Assembly: GCA_015064285.1 (NCBI GenBank)
Contig: SVSN01000003.1
Span: 28,629-92,628 of the forward strand
DNA length: 64,000 bases
From: Oscillospiraceae bacterium
GTDB taxonomy: Bacteria > Bacillota > Clostridia > Oscillospirales > CAG-272
Reading direction: 5' to 3'
The notes under the pieces are model-generated. The model was not told the DNA's origin and made no database searches. It was given only the letters and a program-made list of their open reading frames with translations. Positions 57,609-64,000 of the stretch are shown here, piece by piece; positions within the stretch are counted from its first letter, which is position 1; every line of letters begins with the position of its first letter. A program made the translations under genes and the position numbers.

Positions 57609-59837
57609 ATGCTGCATTTTGTTTATTCACTCATAAATTTTGCTCTTCTTTTATTGATTGTCTGGTTGATCGGACGGAAAATGATAGCCAATATATTCAT
57701 TGGACGCCAGGAAAAGATCAATCGCGCACTGGATGAAGCAGAGCGTCTGGAAACAGAAGAACCAACGCTCCCCGTTATACCGGAAAAATTCCGCGAAGAG
57801 CTGCCGGATACTGTAAAAGCAGAGATTGCCGAAATTCAGGAAGCTGCTGCAGAACACGTGGGTCATATGCAGCAGCAGACAGACGCCACCATCGAAAGTC
57901 TGCGCCGGGAAATGCTCCTGGACGTAAAGAGCCGTTACATCGATAAACTCGTGGATAAAGTGACTGCGATTGTGATCTCCGAACCTTTTCTGTCCGCTTT
58001 CCGCGCCAGAGAAAATGAGTTTACCGACAGAATCATAGAAACCATGACCCTTACCCCCGGGGATATAGCTTATCTGAAACGGCATGATGTACTGTATGTG
58101 ACCCTGACTTCCGCCTATAAGATGCCCCAGTCCATTGTGGATCGGATCGGTAAGCACGCCACTCAAATGCTTGACAAGGTTGGCGGTAAGCCATCTTACT
58201 GGGTCAAGGTGGATCCGGAACTGATTGCCGGTTTCCGTTTCCGTGTGGGGGATACTGTTTACGACTACACCCTTTCCGATCGTCTTTATCAGCTGCGGAA
58301 GCATCTGGAATCCAGAGAACTGCAGGGAGACGAAGACGCCGAAGCACTGATTGCCGATATGTTTGAAGATATCAGCGGTATGACAAACTCTCTCAGCGAA
58401 TTCCAGCTGGGCCGCGTTATCAGCATTTCCGATGGGATCTGCTGGCTGGACGGGCTTGCTGACATTATGTATGGGGAAGTTATCGAGTTTGAGTGCGGTG
58501 AAATGGGTATGGTGCTGGATATCGAACCTGACCGGATCGGCTGTATTGTCTACGGCCGGTATGAAAACATCGAAAGCGGCAGCCGGGTACGCCGTGTCGG
58601 CCGGATTGCCAGTGTACCGGTCGGAGACGAACTTCTCGGCCGTGTTGTGGATCCACTGGGCCGGGCACTGGACGGAAAAGGCCGTATCTGGACAAACGAA
58701 CGCCGTCCCATTGAGAACAAAGCCCCCTCCATTCCGGACAGAGCAGGTGTCTCCCGTCCCCTTCACACTGGGATCAAAGCGATTGATGCGCTGGTTCCCA
58801 TCGGAAGAGGGCAGCGTGAACTGATCATCGGCGACCGCCAAACCGGGAAAACTTCCATTGCGCTGGATGCCATCATCAACCAGAAAGGCACCGGAACCAT
58901 CTGTATTTACGTAGCTATAGGCCAGAAAGACACTACGATCGCCGACATCCGTGAAAAGCTGACCAAGTATGGTGCCATGCCTTATACCACGTTGGTATGT
59001 GCTCCCGCTTCCGTTTCCGCTTCCATCCAGTACATTGCGCCGTTCGCCGGTGCTGCCATGGCAGAATACTTCATGTATCAGGGACGGGATGTGCTGATCG
59101 TGTACGACGACCTTTCCAAGCATGCCGTGGCGTATCGTGAACTCTCCCTTCTGCTGCATCGTCCTTCCGGCCGTGAAGCCTATCCCGGGGATGTGTTCTA
59201 TCTCCACGCCAGACTGTTGGAAAGAGCGGCACAGCTGTCTGCTGAAAACGGCGGCGGTTCCATCACCGCCCTGCCAATTATTGAAACGCAGGCAGGGGAT
59301 ATTTCCGCTTATATTCCCACCAATGTCATTTCCATCACGGATGGTCAGATTTTTCTGGATGCCGACCTGTTCAACGAAGGTCAGCGGCCCGCTGTCAACG
59401 TGGGGCTTTCTGTCTCCCGTGTAGGCAGTGCCGCCCAGACCAAACTGATGAAACAGGTTTCCGGCAGACTGCGTATGGATCTGGCACAGTACAGAGAGCT
59501 GGTAGGTTTTACCCAGTTCGGTTCCGATGTTGACGCTTCTACCAAAAAGGTACTGGAATCCGGCAAACGAATGATGGCTGCCCTTCTGCAGAACCGGTAT
59601 GCTCCCCTGCCCGACTGGGAACAGGCACTTCTGCTGTTCGCTGTATCGGAAGGTTATGCTGCTTCTGTGGATCCTTCCGGCATCGAAATGTGGGGTACCT
59701 ATCTTGCCAACCATATGGAAATCCGGTATCCTGCTCTGGCTGATATTCTGAAGTCCGGCCGCAAGCTGGACGATACAGAAAAGGAACGCCTGAAGGAAGC
59801 CATTGCTGCTTATGTGACAGACTGTGAGGTAGCGTAA
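57609..59837 (+). CDS. atpA: Fused b-like / delta (OSCP)-like / alpha subunit of F1F0 ATP synthase (742 aa)
   Basis: This is one uninterrupted frame. The N-terminal TM helix plus RQEKINRALDEAERLE is b-like. VKVDPELIAGFRFRVGDTVYDYTLSDRLYQLRKHL is the delta C-terminal signature. From GRVISISDGICWLDGL onward it is a complete alpha subunit with Walker A GDRQTGKTS. Confidence 0.8.
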   Translation: MLHFVYSLINFALLLLIVWLIGRKMIANIFIGRQEKINRALDEAERLETEEPTLPVIPEKFREELPDTVKAEIAEIQEAAAEHVGHMQQQTDATIESLRREMLLDVKSRYIDKLVDKVTAIVISEPFLSAFRARENEFTDRIIETMTLTPGDIAYLKRHDVLYVTLTSAYKMPQSIVDRIGKHATQMLDKVGGKPSYWVKVDPELIAGFRFRVGDTVYDYTLSDRLYQLRKHLESRELQGDEDAEALIADMFEDISGMTNSLSEFQLGRVISISDGICWLDGLADIMYGEVIEFECGEMGMVLDIEPDRIGCIVYGRYENIESGSRVRRVGRIASVPVGDELLGRVVDPLGRALDGKGRIWTNERRPIENKAPSIPDRAGVSRPLHTGIKAIDALVPIGRGQRELIIGDRQTGKTSIALDAIINQKGTGTICIYVAIGQKDTTIADIREKLTKYGAMPYTTLVCAPASVSASIQYIAPFAGAAMAEYFMYQGRDVLIVYDDLSKHAVAYRELSLLLHRPSGREAYPGDVFYLHARLLERAAQLSAENGGGSITALPIIETQAGDISAYIPTNVISITDGQIFLDADLFNEGQRPAVNVGLSVSRVGSAAQTKLMKQVSGRLRMDLAQYRELVGFTQFGSDVDASTKKVLESGKRMMAALLQNRYAPLPDWEQALLLFAVSEGYAASVDPSGIEMWGTYLANHMEIRYPALADILKSGRKLDDTEKERLKEAIAAYVTDCEVA

Positions 59838-62110
<2,273 letters not shown>

Positions 62111-62111
62111 T

Positions 62112-62420
62112 ATGGAAAATATGATCACACTGACCATTGTCACACCGGAGGGCAGCAATACCGTCATCCAGTGTGACTCGGTACGGCTTACCATTGCTGA
62201 TGGGATCCGAAAAAAAAATGCCGGCGGCAGTTTCGGGATCCGTAAAGGGCACGCAGATGCACTGCTTGCCATCGCAGAAGGGCCTGTCAAAGCACTGGTG
62301 AACGGTGAAACCGTATTCGAGTGCACCACAGGTCCGGGATTTGCTTCTGTTTCCGGCAAGAATACCGTTTCTGTACTGACCGACAGATTAACGATCCTGA
62401 AAGACTGTCCAAAGCCATGA
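62112..62420 (+). CDS. atpC: F0F1 ATP synthase subunit epsilon (short form, 102 aa)
   Basis: LTIVTPEG...RLTIADG..GIRKGHADALLAI matches the epsilon beta-sandwich. The gene ends without the usual C-terminal helical hairpin. Confidence 0.8.
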   Translation: MENMITLTIVTPEGSNTVIQCDSVRLTIADGIRKKNAGGSFGIRKGHADALLAIAEGPVKALVNGETVFECTTGPGFASVSGKNTVSVLTDRLTILKDCPKP

Positions 62421-62505
62421 ATGTCGTTATTCTGTCCTTACTCTGCCAGATAAGAGATATTCCGCTGGTTCAGAATGCTTCTTTTTTGACAGATCCCCAT
62501 AATCA

Positions 62506-62550
62506 GATAATCCTTTACATGCCCGGATATGGTTGTAAAGGATTATTTTT
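62506..62550 (+). terminator. Intrinsic terminator of the atp operon
   Basis: ataatcctttaca (62506-62518) is the exact reverse complement of tgtaaaggattat (62533-62545). ttttta follows. Confidence 0.8.
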
Positions 62551-62877
62551 ATATCTTAAAGCTTGTGCCCGGTACAACAAGTTCTCCGGAACTGAATTGT
62601 ATGCTGGTGCTCTTTATCTATAAACCTTCCCCCTTTGCCTGGGAACACACAAAAATTTGCATGATATCCCATTAAATCACTTGGTTTCCTTCCATTTTTC
62701 CATTATTTACTCCGAAACAAACATATGCTGCAAATTTTTGTGAATATCCCTATCAATTTTTGAGGTGGACATTGGTACAGAGATGTGATATGATAATACT
62801 ATCCAAAATATAATACCCTTATATTTTTATTTCTTCATAACAACCCGTAGATTTTAACCTTCTGAAGGGGGGCAGAT

Positions 62878-63744
62878 ATGTTTCATCAAAAAGGATATGA
62901 AGATTGTGTACCATATCTGTATACAGTTCATCCGGGTAAATTTACCTATCCTTCCCATTGGCATATTGAAATTGAGTTCTGTTACTGCTTTCAGGGAAGC
63001 ATTTTATGCACCGTATCGGATATCCGGTATCCGCTGCAGGCAGGAGATCTGCTGATCATCAACAGCTGTGAAGGACACGAATACCAGGGAATTTCCGAGG
63101 ATGCCAGAGGTCTTTCTCTGAAGCTGGGACATGAGTTTCTGGGAGATGAATTTTATACACTTGCTTCAGGAGTTTCCTCCGAACGTATTCTCCACCTGCA
63201 GGATCCTGTACTTCCGATGAAATATCACTGTATCCGGGAGCAGCTGGATATTCTCACTGAGTACCATCCGAAGAGAAACCGGAATCGCTGGCTTGTCTAT
63301 TCGGCTATCTACAGATTCATGCATGAAGTCAGACATCTGCTGGCATTTGAAAAGAATGCAGTTCCACTGGGGCTGGAAAACAAAAGAAAACAGGTATACA
63401 GCATTCTTGATGCAGTTTCGTATATCAGCCAGCACTACACAGAAAAAATCACGCTGGAAGATATTGCCGCCGTTCAAAAATACGAAATCAGCAGTTTCTG
63501 CCGTTTGTTCCGCACAGTTATGGGTGTAACACCTCACAGTTACCTGCTGCAGTACCGTATAAAGAACGCACAAAAACTGCTGGCCGCCACCGATCTTCCC
63601 ATTAACCGGATCGGTGAGGAATGCGGTATCCCGGATGCGAAATCCTTTTCCAGAATTTTCAAACAGTATACCGATAAGACACCATCCCAATACCGGACCT
63701 GGGCACGGCTGCAGCCTGAATATGAACAACAACAGAAACAGTAA
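62878..63744 (+). CDS. AraC-family transcriptional regulator (module 3)
   Basis: The N-terminal region is cupin-like (YPSHWHIEIEFCYC). The C-terminal dual HTH reads ISSFCRLFRTVMGVTPHSYLLQYRIKNAQKLL...INRIGEECGIPDAKSFSRIFKQYTDKTP. Confidence 0.85.
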   Translation: MFHQKGYEDCVPYLYTVHPGKFTYPSHWHIEIEFCYCFQGSILCTVSDIRYPLQAGDLLIINSCEGHEYQGISEDARGLSLKLGHEFLGDEFYTLASGVSSERILHLQDPVLPMKYHCIREQLDILTEYHPKRNRNRWLVYSAIYRFMHEVRHLLAFEKNAVPLGLENKRKQVYSILDAVSYISQHYTEKITLEDIAAVQKYEISSFCRLFRTVMGVTPHSYLLQYRIKNAQKLLAATDLPINRIGEECGIPDAKSFSRIFKQYTDKTPSQYRTWARLQPEYEQQQKQ

Positions 63745-63762
63745 TTGATTTGGAGGAACCAT

Positions 63763-64000
63763 ATGACCTACAAAAAGTTATTTTCACTTCTTCTCGCCGG
63801 CACAATGCTCACTCCTCTGAGCAGCTGCGGCGATTCCACATCCACAGAAACCCAGCCCGAAATCCTGGAAACCGAACCTGCGGAAACCGAATATGTCCCC
63901 ACCATTGCCGAAACACTGGCAGAAAAATATGCGGACACAGACTATGGCGGATGCACTTTCCGGATCATGAACCACGCCCCCGGTCAGTTCTTCTACTATA
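63763..64000 (+). CDS. Extracellular solute-binding-type lipoprotein (paralog 5, truncated by the window end)
   Basis: Hand translation gives MTYKKLFSLLLAGTMLTPLSSCGDSTSTETQPEILETEPAETEYVP...DYGGCTFRIMNH. It has a lipobox, the PAETE linker and the same start of the mature domain as paralogs 1-4. GGAGG precedes the ATG. Confidence 0.6.
   Translation, partial: MTYKKLFSLLLAGTMLTPLSSCGDSTSTETQPEILETEPAETEYVPTIAETLAEKYADTDYGGCTFRIMNHAPGQFFYY

Noticed and set aside
62417-62623. A 68-aa ORF whose ATG overlaps the atpC stop codon (ATGA).
   Set aside because: The frame runs straight through the 13-bp perfect atp operon terminator hairpin (62506-62545). The region has no RBS and no protein-like features.

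Overview
The window looks like a chromosomal, mostly housekeeping segment of a spore-forming Firmicute (Clostridia, Oscillospiraceae/Ruminococcaceae-like by gene content). All calls rest on ORF translations and hand-read motifs; no searches were run. Core genes include ackA, lon-engB, lysA, scpAB, radA, rnhA, comEC, a type III glutamine synthetase, sporulation genes (ytfJ/GerW, cwlD-like, cotJABC, an S11 carboxypeptidase) and a full F-type ATP synthase operon. There are no tRNA or rRNA genes, no CRISPR array and no clear mobile element. The main findings are as follows. (1) A promoter, a 17-codon leader ORF with eight consecutive Tyr codons, and an intrinsic terminator sit upstream of a Na+/solute symporter, which suggests a tyrosine-sensing leader-peptide attenuator. 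(2) The ATP synthase operon has no separate atpH. Instead a single 742-codon frame reads as b-like, then delta (OSCP)-like, then alpha, and epsilon is truncated. (3) Five paralogous solute-binding-type lipoproteins occur, three of them paired with AraC regulators, yet no ABC permease or ATPase gene lies in the 64 kb. Two of these lipoproteins flank a GH95 fucosidase-like gene. Lesser items are a MarR-JAB/MPN operon, a Cys-rich extended CotJA, and a long structured leader region upstream of glnN. Many very long antisense ORFs are rejected as codon-bias artefacts.
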